From an uncultured delta proteobacterium (GTDB lineage Bacteria > Desulfobacterota > Binatia > UBA9968), in contig CAVUVW010000013.1 of the NCBI GenBank assembly GCA_963745035.1, positions 1,024,001 to 1,088,000 of the forward strand: 64,000 nt of DNA, read 5' to 3'. Below, one piece after another: positions 1-10,511 of the stretch. Position numbers and translations under genes: made by a program. Below the pieces are notes generated by a model that was given only the letters and a program-made list of their open reading frames with translations, ran no database searches and was not told the DNA's origin. Positions within the stretch are counted from its first letter, which is position 1; each line of letters starts with the position of its first letter.

Positions 1-1657
1 GATAGTTGGCGCGCACGTTGGCGTGAATGCGCCCTTCGAAGTTGCGATTGCCGGAGAGCACGGCGGCGGCGACCAGATCGCCTTCTTGGATGCCGTTCAC
101 CACCGGCTCGGGGAGCGGCCCGCTGTTACCGATACAGGTCGTGCAGCCGTAGCCGACCAGATGAAAGCCGAGCTTTTCCAAATAGGGCAGCAGGCCGCTG
201 TCTTTCAGATATTCCGTGACGACCTTCGAGCCCGGGGCGAGACTGGTCTTCACCCAAGGTTTTCTCGTCAAGCCCTTCTCGGCGGCTTTTTTCGCCAGGA
301 GCCCGGCGCCGATCAGCACCGACGGATTGGATGTATTGGTGCAGCTCGTGATCGCCGAGATCACCACCGAGCCGTGGCTGAGCTGGAATTTATCGCCGTT
401 CATCTGCACCGCCACGCTCTTGTCGGCGGCGCCGCTCTTCATCAACGACGGCAGCGCTTCCTTAAAAGCCTTCTTGCTCTCCGTCAGCGGCACCCGGTCC
501 TGCGGTCGTCGCGGCCCGGCGAGACTCGGCACGACGCTGCCGAGATCGAGCTCCAGCGTATCTGTGAATACCGGATCGGGCGATGCATCGGTGCGGAACA
601 TGCCCTGTTCTTTGGTGTAGGCTTCGACCAGCTTGATGAGCGCGGGGTCGCGCCCAGTGAGATCGAGATAGCGCAAGGTCTCATCGTCGGGCGGAAAGTA
701 GCCGATGGTCGCGCCGTATTCGGGCCCCATGTTGCCGATGGTGGCGCGGTCGGCGAGGCTCAAGCTCGACAATCCCGGACCGTAGAATTCCACGAATTTT
801 TCGACGACGCCTTTTTTGCGCAGCATCTGCGTGACGGTCAGCACGAGATCGGTCGCGGTCGCGCCCTCGGGCAGCCTGCCGTGCAATTTAAACCCGATCA
901 CCTCCGGCGTGACCATGATGATCGGCTGGCCGAGCAGCGCCGCTTCGGCCTCGATGCCGCCGACGCCCCAGCCGACCACGCCCAAGCCGTTGATCATCGT
1001 CGTGTGCGAGTCGGTGCCGACGACCGTGTCGGGATAGGCGAAATGGGCGCCGTCTTTCCTGGCGCTGAAACACTACCGGCGCGAGATATTCGAGATTGAC
1101 CTGATGGCAGATGCCGGTGTCGGGCGGGATCAGGCGGAAGTTGTCGAACGCCGTCTGGCCCCAGCGCAAAAAGGCGTAACGCTCGACGTTGCGCTCGAAC
1201 TCTATCTGGGAGTTTTTGTGAAACGCGTCCGCCGTGCCGAAGTAATCGACCTGCACCGAGTGATCGATGACCAGATCTACCGGCGCCAGCGGATTGATTT
1301 TTTTCGGGTCGCCGCCGAGCCGCTTCATCGCTTCCCGCATCACCGCGAGATCCACCACCGCCGGCACGCCGGTCAAATCCTGCATCAACACCCGCGCCGG
1401 CATGAAAGCGATTTCTTTCTCCTGCTTGGCTTTTGCGTCCCAGTTGGCCAATCCTTCGATGTCGGCCTTGTTGACGTGGTGGTTGTCTTCCTGGCGCAGT
1501 AAATTCTCCGAGAAGTACTTTGAGCGAAACCGGCAGGCGCGAAACGTTTTTGAAACCCGCCTTCTCCAGGCGATCGAGCCGGAAAATATCGTAGCTCTCG
1601 ATTTCCGACTTTCAGCACTTGTCGCGTGCCGAAACTATCCACGTACTTCTGTGCCAT
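1..1657 (-). CDS. acnA: Aconitate hydratase A, 5' part; runs off the window start; apparent frameshifts near 1070 and 1500-1600
   Basis: AcnA motifs [67 protein letters not shown]; ATG at 1657 preceded by an AAGGAG RBS. Confidence 0.93.
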
Positions 1658-1746
1658 TGAGTGCTCCTTAAATAAGGTATAGGGAGGTTGTCTATTTTGT
1701 AGCGAGGGCGGCGAGATAAAGCAACCGCTTCGCGGACACCTGTCGC

Positions 1747-1775
1747 TTGACAAGTTCCCGGCGCAACAACACAAT
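1747..1775 (+). promoter_or_regulatory. Putative sigma70 promoter for the downstream SBP gene
   Basis: TTGACA-17 bp-CACAAT. Confidence 0.4.
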
Positions 1776-1849
1776 CGGCGCATGTTTATCGGCGTCGTCG
1801 CCTAAGCAAAATCTATCCACAACGGCCGGCTCAAAGGAAGGAAACTGAT

Positions 1850-2848
1850 ATGACTAGGAAGAGTACTGCAATCTGGATTGTCCTCTCGTTGGCGGCGGCG
1901 TTTTTTTGGAGTAGCCCCGTGAATGCCCAGCTGACGAAGATCAACATCGGCTACAGCGCGATCAGCGGCGATGCCCTACCCGCCTGGGTCGCCAAGGATG
2001 CCGGGATCTTTGAGAAGAACGGGCTCGATGTTCAGCTGGTGTTTTTTTCCGGTGGTACGACGGCGGTAATGGCCCTGGTATCAGCCGACACGCCAATCGC
2101 TCAATTGGCCGGTCCGGCTGTCGTGAACTCCGTCATGGCCGGCTCTGACGCAACCCTCATCGTGGGCGGCGTCACGTCACTCAATTATTACCTCTTGTCT
2201 CGCCCTGAAATAAAAACACCGGAGCAACTCAAAGGCGGCTCGGTGGCGATCAGCCGCTTCGGCTCGTCTTCCGATTTTATCGCGCGCTACGCGCTGTCAA
2301 AGATCGGCTTGAATCCCGGGAAAGACGTGACCATCGTGCAGATCGGCAGCACCACGGCGCGGGTGGATGCCGCGCTCACCGGGCGGGTGCAAGCGACGGT
2401 TGTTCAACCCCCGGCGAGTATCATCGCGCAGAAGCGCGGCATGAATGTATTGGCCGACCTGCCCAAGCTCGGACTTGTTTACCAGCACACCTCCGCGGCG
2501 ACGACCAAGAAGTATATACGCGAGCATCCGGACATCGTCAGGCGCTACGTCAAATCACAGATAGAAGCCGTGCATCGCATCTACACCGACAAAAATGCTG
2601 CCATTAAGGCGCTGGCTAGATTTATCGGCCAGAACCTCGACCGCGACGTTTTGGAGAAGACCTGGGAGAACCTGCTGAACGAATCGGTCTTACCCAGAAA
2701 GCAATATCCGTCCGCGGAAGGATTGAAAACCATTCTGGCGAGCGAACCCAAGGGAAAATCGTTCAAGCCGGAAGACTTCTTCGATGCGACTTTCGTGAGA
2801 GAATTCGATCAGAGCGGTTTTACCGACGGGCTTTACAAAAAGCGCTGA
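1850..2848 (+). CDS. ABC substrate-binding protein, NMT1/THI5/SsuA-like
   Basis: Signal peptide; WVAKDAGIFEKNGLDV, LKGGSVAISRFGSSSD; intact 332 aa. Confidence 0.88.
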   Translation: MTRKSTAIWIVLSLAAAFFWSSPVNAQLTKINIGYSAISGDALPAWVAKDAGIFEKNGLDVQLVFFSGGTTAVMALVSADTPIAQLAGPAVVNSVMAGSDATLIVGGVTSLNYYLLSRPEIKTPEQLKGGSVAISRFGSSSDFIARYALSKIGLNPGKDVTIVQIGSTTARVDAALTGRVQATVVQPPASIIAQKRGMNVLADLPKLGLVYQHTSAATTKKYIREHPDIVRRYVKSQIEAVHRIYTDKNAAIKALARFIGQNLDRDVLEKTWENLLNESVLPRKQYPSAEGLKTILASEPKGKSFKPEDFFDATFVREFDQSGFTDGLYKKR

Positions 2849-2851
2849 GCG

Positions 2852-3133
2852 TTCAGCACGAATGATTCATGGCTTACGCACGCCCACAGATAACGAAAAT
2901 AGGGAGTTTCAACGGCACGAGTCTCCCACTACTCGTATTCCCGCAAAGCGGGAATCCAGGTTTGTCTCGGTCCAATAGCCTGGATACCCGCTTTCGCGGT
3001 AGACGGAAACGCTGTGCTTTCTCGGTATTCCGGGTTCGATTCTATAGCTCTTCAGCACGGCATTTTGAACGAGACGCGAAGGTCAAAGGTTGTTGTATCC
3101 GCGACTTCTCGATCTTCGTGCTTTCGTGGTGAA
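2852..3133 (+). repeat. Composite intergenic repeat element, copy 1, with terminal inverted repeats and an internal REP-like double hairpin at 2933-3006
   Basis: Starts TTCAGCACGAA and ends TTCGTGGTGAA; core ATTCCCGCAAAGCGGGAATCCAGG...CCTGGATACCCGCTTTCGCGG; aligns by eye with 30804-30990 and 58221-58441 (reverse). Confidence 0.8.
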
Positions 3134-3145
3134 ACACAGTCTTCA

Positions 3146-4153
3146 TCACTTATTTTTCAACTTCAGCCGCTCCACCGCCTTCTGCACAAACGACGGATCG
3201 AGAAATGGTTTAGCATCGCGGTTCTTGATTCCTTGCGGATTGAAGCGCTCGTGAAAGCCCGTGATCATGCTCTCGATGCCCGCTTGCCACGGCAGCGGCA
3301 CACCGCCGATCGCCTCGTACTGTCTTGAGTACTCCTCGTAGGTTCGCTCCAGCAGCACGGGATCTTTCTGCCGGGTCAACTCCGTGATCGCGCGATACGC
3401 GATCGGCTTGTTGGTGCGAAATATGTGCATGCCCTCGACCAGCGCCGTCATGTAATCTTCGATCACTTTGCGATTACGATCGCGAAAAGCTCGATTGATC
3501 GTGTGCGGCACACCGGCATACGGCATCTTGAGATCGAGAAAATTCACCAGCTCGCGATAGCCGGCTTTCTCGAGCTCATATTCATTGGGCGGATTGACCG
3601 TCACGCCGTCGATGAGGCCCTGCTTGATCGCCGCCACACGGCTCGGAATGCCGCCGGCCAGATAGACGAACTGCACGTCCTTGCCCGGCGTAAGTTTTAG
3701 CCTTTCGAGATAGAGAATGGTCGCGTACTCGTCCAATCCCGCTCGTCCTACGCCAAGCTTCTTGCCTTTCAAATCCGCTGCCGTCTGAATCGAGCTATTC
3801 ACCATCAACCGCAACGGTACGTAGCGCGTTTCGGTCGCGATCACAGTCAGATCGAAGCCGCCGGTGGCGATCGCCCGCGACACTGCCGTTCCGCCGCCGT
3901 AGAGGACTTGAATATTGCCGCTCGCCAGCGCCGGCATGTAGGTCGATGCGCCCTGCATCAGCACCATCTCGACGTCGAGATCGTACTTGGCGAAAATACC
4001 TTCGCGCCGCGCGATCCAGCCGGGACAAAAAGTTGCCGCCGGCGAAGCGTATGCGACCACGAGCTTGGTCGTTTCTCCGTAGACGAATTGAACCGTTACT
4101 ATAAGCGCAGCGAGTAGAACCGAGGTGAATGTCGATGTTCTTTTCACTTTCAC
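3146..4153 (-). CDS. ABC substrate-binding protein, NMT1/SsuA-like
   Basis: WIARREGIFAKYDLDVEMV, DLKGKKLGV; signal peptide; 335 aa. Confidence 0.87.
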   Translation of the reverse strand: MKVKRTSTFTSVLLAALIVTVQFVYGETTKLVVAYASPAATFCPGWIARREGIFAKYDLDVEMVLMQGASTYMPALASGNIQVLYGGGTAVSRAIATGGFDLTVIATETRYVPLRLMVNSSIQTAADLKGKKLGVGRAGLDEYATILYLERLKLTPGKDVQFVYLAGGIPSRVAAIKQGLIDGVTVNPPNEYELEKAGYRELVNFLDLKMPYAGVPHTINRAFRDRNRKVIEDYMTALVEGMHIFRTNKPIAYRAITELTRQKDPVLLERTYEEYSRQYEAIGGVPLPWQAGIESMITGFHERFNPQGIKNRDAKPFLDPSFVQKAVERLKLKNK

Positions 4154-4208
4154 GCCTCCGCGCCAAAACTAATCCAAACACAAAATGAATGTCCAGTAGA
4201 AATGTTTC

Positions 4209-4283
4209 GTCAGTCCCGCACGTTTTACTCGGGGGTCCCACCACGATTAACCTGGATTCCCGCTTAGATCATGCGGGAATGAC
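4209..4283. repeat. Degenerate REP-like palindrome (ATTCCCGC/GCGGGAATGAC family)
   Basis: CCTGGATTCCCGC-TTAGATCAT-GCGGGAATGAC plus a decayed left arm. Confidence 0.65.
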
Positions 4284-4428
4284 AAAGTTCGGAGGCAGCA
4301 ATTGAATGAACACTTCCCGCGTGAGACGTTCCTTGACTGATCGATCGACAGTCGAGTACGTTGGCGGCATGAAGGCGATGACCAGTCTCGATTGATTTTG
4401 CATAAACCGTCGCGAGAGGGATCAGCCC

Positions 4429-5886
4429 ATGCCAAAGACGATTACGATCAGCCGGCGCAATTTTCTCGAAGCCGTCGCTGCCCTGAGCTCGCTCGGCGCA
4501 GCCGCCTGCGCTGCCGGCCCACAGCAAACGATAAAAATGTCTGCGGCGGATCGCAAAGCGGGTAAGCTTCCGTCGCGCGGCGAGTTTGTCGTCCGCAACG
4601 CATATGTCGTCACCATGGACGCGCAATTGGGCGACCTACCCAACGGCGACGTGCACGTGCGCAACGGCGCTCTCGTTGCCGTCGGACCCAATCTGAGCGC
4701 GCCGGGAGCCGACATCATCGACGGCCGCAATCGCATCGTGCTGCCCGGCTTTGTCGATACTCATTTCCATCTTTGGGGGAGCTTCGCCCGCGGCGTCGTG
4801 GCCGACGGCGACTTCGATTATTTTCCCGTCATGAGCCGCCTCGGTCCGGTGATGACGCCCGAGGATGCCTACAACAGCGCGCGGCTAGGCATTGCCGAGG
4901 CGATCAACTCGGGCCTCACGACGATTCACGATTGGTCGCACAATATTATTTCGGCGCCCTATGCCGACGCCGACTTGCGCGCGCTCCGCGATTGCGGCAT
5001 CCGCGCGCGCTTTTCCTACGGCTACAGCCGCAATTTGCAGCAAAAGCCCAAAGAGACCGTCGATTTCAACGACATCGCGCGGGTGAAGCGGGAATGGTTC
5101 GGCGCATCGAATGATGGCCTGCTGACCATGGGCTTCGCGTCGCGCGGCGCCGGCGACACGCCGCCCGAGGTCTATCGGAAGGAATGGGAATATGCCCGCA
5201 GCCAAGGATTGCCGATCACCCAGCACGCCGGCCGCTCGCTTGCCGAGATCAAAAGATTTCGCCGCATCGAGATGCTCTACAAAGACAGATTGCTCGGGCC
5301 GGACGTCCAGCTCATCCATACCTACAGCGCCTCGGCCGAAGAGCGCGGCATGATCGCCGAGACCAACACACACGTGAGCATCGCGCCGTTCACCGCGTCG
5401 CGCCTGGCATCGGGCCTGCCCTATCTCGGCGATCTCTTGAAGCGCGGCGTGCAATGCAGCTTGTCGGTGGATACCACCACGGTCGGCGGCAACGCCGAGA
5501 TGTTCGGCATCATGCGCCTCATGCTGCAACTCAATCATCTGCGCTCGATGAATGTCATGGAAGTGCAGCCGCGGAGAATTTTGGAGCTCGCCACCCTCGA
5601 CGGCGCGAAAGATCTCGGCATCGCCGATCGGGTCGGCTCGCTCACGCCGGGCAAGCGCGCCGATTTGATTCTGGTTCGAACCGACGACTTGAACGTGGCG
5701 CCGTTTATCAATCCATCGCTGCTGCTGGTCCAACAGGCGCAGCCTTACAACGTCGATACCGTAATTATCGATGGACGCATTCTCAAGCACAAAGGCGAGC
5801 TGGTCGCGTTGGACACCGAGGAAATTATCCATAAGGCCGCCGAATCTTTTCACGCCGCGCGCAAACGGGCGGGCGGTCCATACTAA
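4429..5886 (+). CDS. Amidohydrolase-superfamily (metal-dependent deaminase/hydrolase-like) protein with a Tat signal
   Basis: PGFVDTHFH metal motif, GSLTPGKRADL; N-terminal SRRNFL. Confidence 0.88.
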   Translation: MPKTITISRRNFLEAVAALSSLGAAACAAGPQQTIKMSAADRKAGKLPSRGEFVVRNAYVVTMDAQLGDLPNGDVHVRNGALVAVGPNLSAPGADIIDGRNRIVLPGFVDTHFHLWGSFARGVVADGDFDYFPVMSRLGPVMTPEDAYNSARLGIAEAINSGLTTIHDWSHNIISAPYADADLRALRDCGIRARFSYGYSRNLQQKPKETVDFNDIARVKREWFGASNDGLLTMGFASRGAGDTPPEVYRKEWEYARSQGLPITQHAGRSLAEIKRFRRIEMLYKDRLLGPDVQLIHTYSASAEERGMIAETNTHVSIAPFTASRLASGLPYLGDLLKRGVQCSLSVDTTTVGGNAEMFGIMRLMLQLNHLRSMNVMEVQPRRILELATLDGAKDLGIADRVGSLTPGKRADLILVRTDDLNVAPFINPSLLLVQQAQPYNVDTVIIDGRILKHKGELVALDTEEIIHKAAESFHAARKRAGGPY

Positions 5887-5933
5887 TGTGCGCCGGTTCC
5901 AATAGGCAATCGTAGTCGTTTCAGGAGCACTCC

Positions 5934-6890
5934 ATGAAAACGCTTAGTCAGTTCTGGCATCCGGTTTTATGGTCCAAAGAAGTCACCGACAAACCCGTTG
6001 CGGTAAAGCTGCTCGATCAGCCGCTTGTGCTCTGGCGCGCCAATGGAAACGTGTCGGCATTTTACGATCTCTGCATCCATCGCGGCGCGGCGCTTTCGCT
6101 GGGCTGGGTGGACGGCGATCAGTTAGTTTGCGGATATCACGGTTGGAACTACGCCGCGGACGGCAGTTGCACGCGCATACCCTCGTTGCCGCCGGATCGG
6201 GAGATCCCCACCAAGGCGCGCGCGAAGGCTTATCGCGTCCAGGAGCGCTACGGTTTGGTCTGGGTCTGTCTCGACGAACCGCGCCAGGATATTCCGCAGT
6301 TTCCGCCCGAGTTCGGCGACCCGAGCTTCAACTGGGAACCTTACACGTCGGAAGGCCAGTGGCGCGCCAACGCCGCGCGCATGATCGAAAACCTCGCCGA
6401 CTTCTCTCATTTTCCATGGGTTCATGCCGGCATCCTCGGCGACCGCGATCGGCCCGAGTCGCCGGTGATCGACCTCGCCGAGATAGATGGCGGTTTCCAA
6501 TACGAGATCGATACGCCGGTGAACAAATTTCGCCAGGACAGCGTCGCTAAACAATTGTATACCGTCATTCTGCCGTTCATGGTGACGATCCAACGGCGCC
6601 AGCCGGGAAGCATCGAGCGGCATACCAATATTTATCTGTGCACCCCGGTGTCGAATAACGAAACCAAATTTTATCGGCTCGCCGGACGCAACTATCGCGA
6701 CGAGAAAACCGACGAGCAACTGAACGCCCGGCATCGGCAAATTTTCGAACAAGACAAGCGCATCGTCGAATCCCAACGCCCTGAAGAGCTTCCACTCGAT
6801 CTCGCCGAGGAACTGCATTTGCGCGGCCCCGACACCCCTGCCGTCGAGTATCGCAGGCGCCTCAAGCAGATGGGAATTGAATGGTTATGA
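5934..6890 (+). CDS. Rieske non-heme iron oxygenase alpha subunit (VanA/NdmA-like O/N-demethylase family)
   Basis: Rieske ligands CIH...CGYH; ENLADFSHFPWVH mononuclear Fe motif; VanA-type C-terminus. Confidence 0.9.
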   Translation: MKTLSQFWHPVLWSKEVTDKPVAVKLLDQPLVLWRANGNVSAFYDLCIHRGAALSLGWVDGDQLVCGYHGWNYAADGSCTRIPSLPPDREIPTKARAKAYRVQERYGLVWVCLDEPRQDIPQFPPEFGDPSFNWEPYTSEGQWRANAARMIENLADFSHFPWVHAGILGDRDRPESPVIDLAEIDGGFQYEIDTPVNKFRQDSVAKQLYTVILPFMVTIQRRQPGSIERHTNIYLCTPVSNNETKFYRLAGRNYRDEKTDEQLNARHRQIFEQDKRIVESQRPEELPLDLAEELHLRGPDTPAVEYRRRLKQMGIEWL

Positions 6891-6903
6891 TCTCAACTCA
6901 AGC

Positions 6904-6962
6904 GTTCAACCCCCTCCGTTCAAAACGTTTTGAACGACTTGAACTGCTTGAACGTTTTGAAC
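6904..6962. repeat. Short-unit palindromic array (GTTCAA x2, then TTGAAC x4 at a 9-bp period)
   Basis: Read directly between the Rieske and GMC genes. Confidence 0.7.
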
Positions 6963-6979
6963 TCTATCATTGAGGAAGC

Positions 6980-8498
6980 ATGCCTGATCATTACGATGTC
7001 ATTGTCGCCGGCGGCGGTTCGGCTGGCTGCGTGATCGCGTCGCGTCTTTCGGAAGACCCGAAACGAAAAGTGTTGTTGCTCGAAGCGGGTCCCGATCCGC
7101 AGCCGATTCCGGAAACCGTTGCCGATGCCGAAAAGGCCACTAACGTGCTGCTCGAGAGCCCTTACATTCTGATGTATCCAACCAAGCGCAACTACGACGA
7201 CAGCGAGTTTTACTCGCTCGCGGGCAGGATCATGGGCGGCGGCTCGTCGGTCAATATGATGTCGATTCCCCGGCCGATCAAAGCCGACATGGATGCGTGG
7301 GCAGCTCGCGGGAATCCTGAGTGGACTTGGGACAAAGTATTGCCCGTACTGAGGCGCATCGAAGCCGATCAGGACTTTCCGCAAAGTCCGATTCACGGCG
7401 ACCAGGGACCGATTTACGTCAAGCGCAAGCATGTCTTCGACACGCCTCTGAGCGGAACCGAACAAGCGTTGCTCGACACCGTGACCAAGCTTGGCCTGCC
7501 GCGCTTCGACGATCAAAATGAAGCCAATCCTCACGGCATCGCGCCGACGGCGCGCAATATCAAAGACGGCAAACGACAGTCCTCCGCCGTTGCCTATCTC
7601 GGCCCCGCGCGGAGCCGTCCAAATCTCAAGATCATCGGCGCGGCGCAAGTCTCCAAGCTGATGGTGCGCGGCAAGAAAATCGAAAGCGTTCGTTATCAAA
7701 AAGATGGCAACGAACACATCGCCACGGCGGACAATGTCGTTCTCAGCGCCGGGGTTTATCACTCGCCGCAGATTCTCATGCTGTCGGGCATCGGCCCCGG
7801 CGAGGAGCTCGAGCGTCATCATATTCCCGTCGTGCACCGGCTCGACGGCGTCGGCGAGAATTATCAAGATCATCCTGTCGTCACGATGACGCTGAAAGCA
7901 AAGACCGACCGGACAGCGATCAGACGCGCGCAGCCGCTCGACGCTCAAGCTCTATTTCAAAAGCGATCCGGCGCGCGACTTTATAGACTTTCATATCATC
8001 CTGCGCGACATCACCAGCGTATCGGGTATCGGCGACATGATCGGGTTTTCCTGTCACTTGCTGGAGCAAAGCAATCGCGGCCGATTGACGTTGCAAAGCT
8101 CGAATCCGGCCGACTTGCCGGTCATCGATCCGCAGATGCTGGAGCACCCAAAGGATATCCAGGCGATGCTCGCGGCGATGAAATTCGTGCAGCGCCTTGC
8201 CGCGACCGCACCGATGAGCGATTACTGCGGCGAGTTGTTTTCGCCGAGCCCGGCCGAGGATTGGGTGAAGTTCGCCCGATCGACCTACACGAGCTATTTT
8301 CACGGCGTCGGCACCTGCAAAATGGGACCGGCCTCTGACCCTATGGCTGTCGTCGACCAGCACCTGCGCGTGCACGGCATGGAAAATCTCTGGATCGGCG
8401 ATGCGTCGATTATGCCGACCGTCGCGCATGCCAACACGAATCTCACGAGTATGATGATCGGCGAACGCGCCGCCGACTTCATTAGAGAAGCTTCGTAA
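6980..8498 (+). CDS. GMC-family FAD oxidoreductase (choline dehydrogenase-like), frameshift near 7920
   Basis: GGGSAG FAD motif, GRIMGGGSSVN, SPQILMLSGIG; FHGVGTCKMG and NTNLTSMMIGERAA in the next frame. Confidence 0.9.
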
Positions 8499-8515
8499 CA
8501 GCCGCGCGACCAATC

Positions 8516-8974
8516 GTGAGAAAAGAGCTGGCCATTTCCGGCTTCTGGCTGATCCTCTCGCTTTATCTGGCCATCGAGTCCTATCGGCTCGGCCTGAGCA
8601 CCGGCAATCGCCCCGGTCCGGGTTTCTTTCCATTCGGCGCGGCGGCTGCCATCGGAGTCATCACCGGTTTCCATTTGGTGAAGAATTTTCGCCAAGGTTC
8701 ATCAACCGAAGATTCCGAAGCCGGCGGCACCGGCGAGGTGCCTTTGGTTCTTGCCGTCCTCGCCGGAATGGTGGCTTATGTGCTCTTGCTCGATGTTCTT
8801 GGTTTTCTCCTCTGCACCTTTTTACTTCTCGCCTTCTACCTGAAGGTGATTGCCGCGCGGTCATGGCGCATGAGCGCGACCTTTGCCGCCACGGTCGCGC
8901 TGATGTCCCACCTCTGCTTCGACGTCTTGTTGAACGCCCAACTGCCCCGAGGCTTGCTCGGTTGGTTCCATTAG
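8516..8974 (+). CDS. tctB: Tripartite tricarboxylate transporter small membrane subunit
   Basis: PGPGFFP motif, about 4 TM segments, C-terminal LPRG. Confidence 0.88.
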   Translation: MRKELAISGFWLILSLYLAIESYRLGLSTGNRPGPGFFPFGAAAAIGVITGFHLVKNFRQGSSTEDSEAGGTGEVPLVLAVLAGMVAYVLLLDVLGFLLCTFLLLAFYLKVIAARSWRMSATFAATVALMSHLCFDVLLNAQLPRGLLGWFH

Positions 8975-8984
8975 GGCAGCAATC

Positions 8985-10490
8985 GTGGAAACCCTCGGCT
9001 CGCTTTTCCAGGGCATCTTCGCCGCCGCCGCGCCGCTCAATCTATTGTATGGATTCGCCGGCGTTTTGCTGGGTACCCTGGTCGGCGTGCTTCCCGGTCT
9101 CGGTCCGGCCGGCGCCATCGCGCTGCTTTTGCCTCTAGCGTTGCACGCGCCGCCTCTTGCTTATCTCATCATGCTGTTCGGCATCACCTACGGCGCGCAA
9201 TACGGCGGCTCCACCACCTCGATTCTGGTCAATATTCCCGGCGAAGCTTCTTCGGTCATCACCGGGCTCGACGGTTACGCCATGGCGCGCCAGGGACGCG
9301 CCGGCCCGGCGCTCGGCATGGCCGCGTTCGGATCTTTTATCGGCGGCACAGCCGCGCTTTTCGGCGTGGCATTTTTGGCGCCGGCGCTCGCCGAACTCGG
9401 TCTGCGCTTCGGTCCGCCGGAATATGCCGCTCTCATGCTGTTCGGTTTGACCGCGCTGGTTTACCTGGCGCGCGGACCGATGGACAAAGCCATCATGATG
9501 GCGCTGCTCGGCGCCATTCTCGCCAGCGTCGGCCTGGACCCCGTAACCGGTCAGCCGCGCTTCACTTTCGACATGCTGGTGCTGCGCGACGGCGTTGGCC
9601 TGACGCCTGTGGTCATCGGACTCTTCGGAGTATCGGAAGTCCTAGTCAACTTGCGTGCCCAAGCGAGCGCAGTGTTTCAAAAAAAAATAAAGGGCTTGCT
9701 GCCGACGCGGCAGGATTGGAACGATTCCATCCTGCCGATCACGCGCGGCACCCTCCTGGGATTCTTGATCGGCGCGATTCCCGGTCTAAACGTCGTCATC
9801 GCAACCTTTGCCGCCTACGCGGTCGAAAAAAAATTATCCAAGCATCCGGAGAAATTCGGCCAGGGCGCCATCGAAGGCGTGGCTGCGCCGGAGACTGCCA
9901 ACAATGCCGCAAGCTGCAGCGGCTGGATCCCGCTGCTGAGCCTGGGCTTGCCGACCGGCTCGGTGACTTCGCTGATCTTCGGCGCGCTGATGATCCAGGG
10001 CCTCGCTCCGGGACCGTTGTTCATCAAGAATTCGCCGGAAATTTTCTGGGGTGTTCTCGGCAGCATGGTCATCGGCAATGCCATGCTGCTCATTCTCAAT
10101 CTGCCGTTGATAGGTCTCTGGATCAAAGTGCTGCAAGTTCCGTATTTCTTTCTTTTTCCCTTGATCATTCTGTTCAGCATCGTCGGCGCCTATGCCGCGG
10201 CCGGAAACATCGGCGACGTCGTGATCATGATAATCTTCGGCTGGGTCGGCTATCTCATGAAAAAATTTGCCTACGAGCCCGCGCCAATGGTACTGGGATT
10301 GGTGATCGGTCCGCTGCTCGAGACCGCGATTCGCCGTTCGCTGATCATGTCCAAGGGCGACGCGGCAATTTTCTTTCAAAGGCCGATCGCGGCGGTTTTC
10401 ATGGCTGCGGCTCTGCTGATGTTGTTGAGCCCGTTGTTCATGCGCCGCCGTTTGGGGCACGAAATCATTGAACGAGTGGAAGAACAGTGA
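8985..10490 (+). CDS. tctA: Tripartite tricarboxylate transporter large membrane subunit
   Basis: GVLPGLG, YGGSTTSILVNIPGE, EGVAAPETANNA. Confidence 0.95.
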   Translation: METLGSLFQGIFAAAAPLNLLYGFAGVLLGTLVGVLPGLGPAGAIALLLPLALHAPPLAYLIMLFGITYGAQYGGSTTSILVNIPGEASSVITGLDGYAMARQGRAGPALGMAAFGSFIGGTAALFGVAFLAPALAELGLRFGPPEYAALMLFGLTALVYLARGPMDKAIMMALLGAILASVGLDPVTGQPRFTFDMLVLRDGVGLTPVVIGLFGVSEVLVNLRAQASAVFQKKIKGLLPTRQDWNDSILPITRGTLLGFLIGAIPGLNVVIATFAAYAVEKKLSKHPEKFGQGAIEGVAAPETANNAASCSGWIPLLSLGLPTGSVTSLIFGALMIQGLAPGPLFIKNSPEIFWGVLGSMVIGNAMLLILNLPLIGLWIKVLQVPYFFLFPLIILFSIVGAYAAAGNIGDVVIMIIFGWVGYLMKKFAYEPAPMVLGLVIGPLLETAIRRSLIMSKGDAAIFFQRPIAAVFMAAALLMLLSPLFMRRRLGHEIIERVEEQ

Positions 10491-10511
10491 GCGGAGATCC
10501 GGGGAGGAATC

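Noticed and set aside
2869-3132. Small ORFs in all three composite-element copies (also 30812-31012 and 58214-58423) sharing SLDT(R/A)F
   Set aside because: The reading frame is not conserved across the 5' halves; the shared residues follow from DNA-level similarity.
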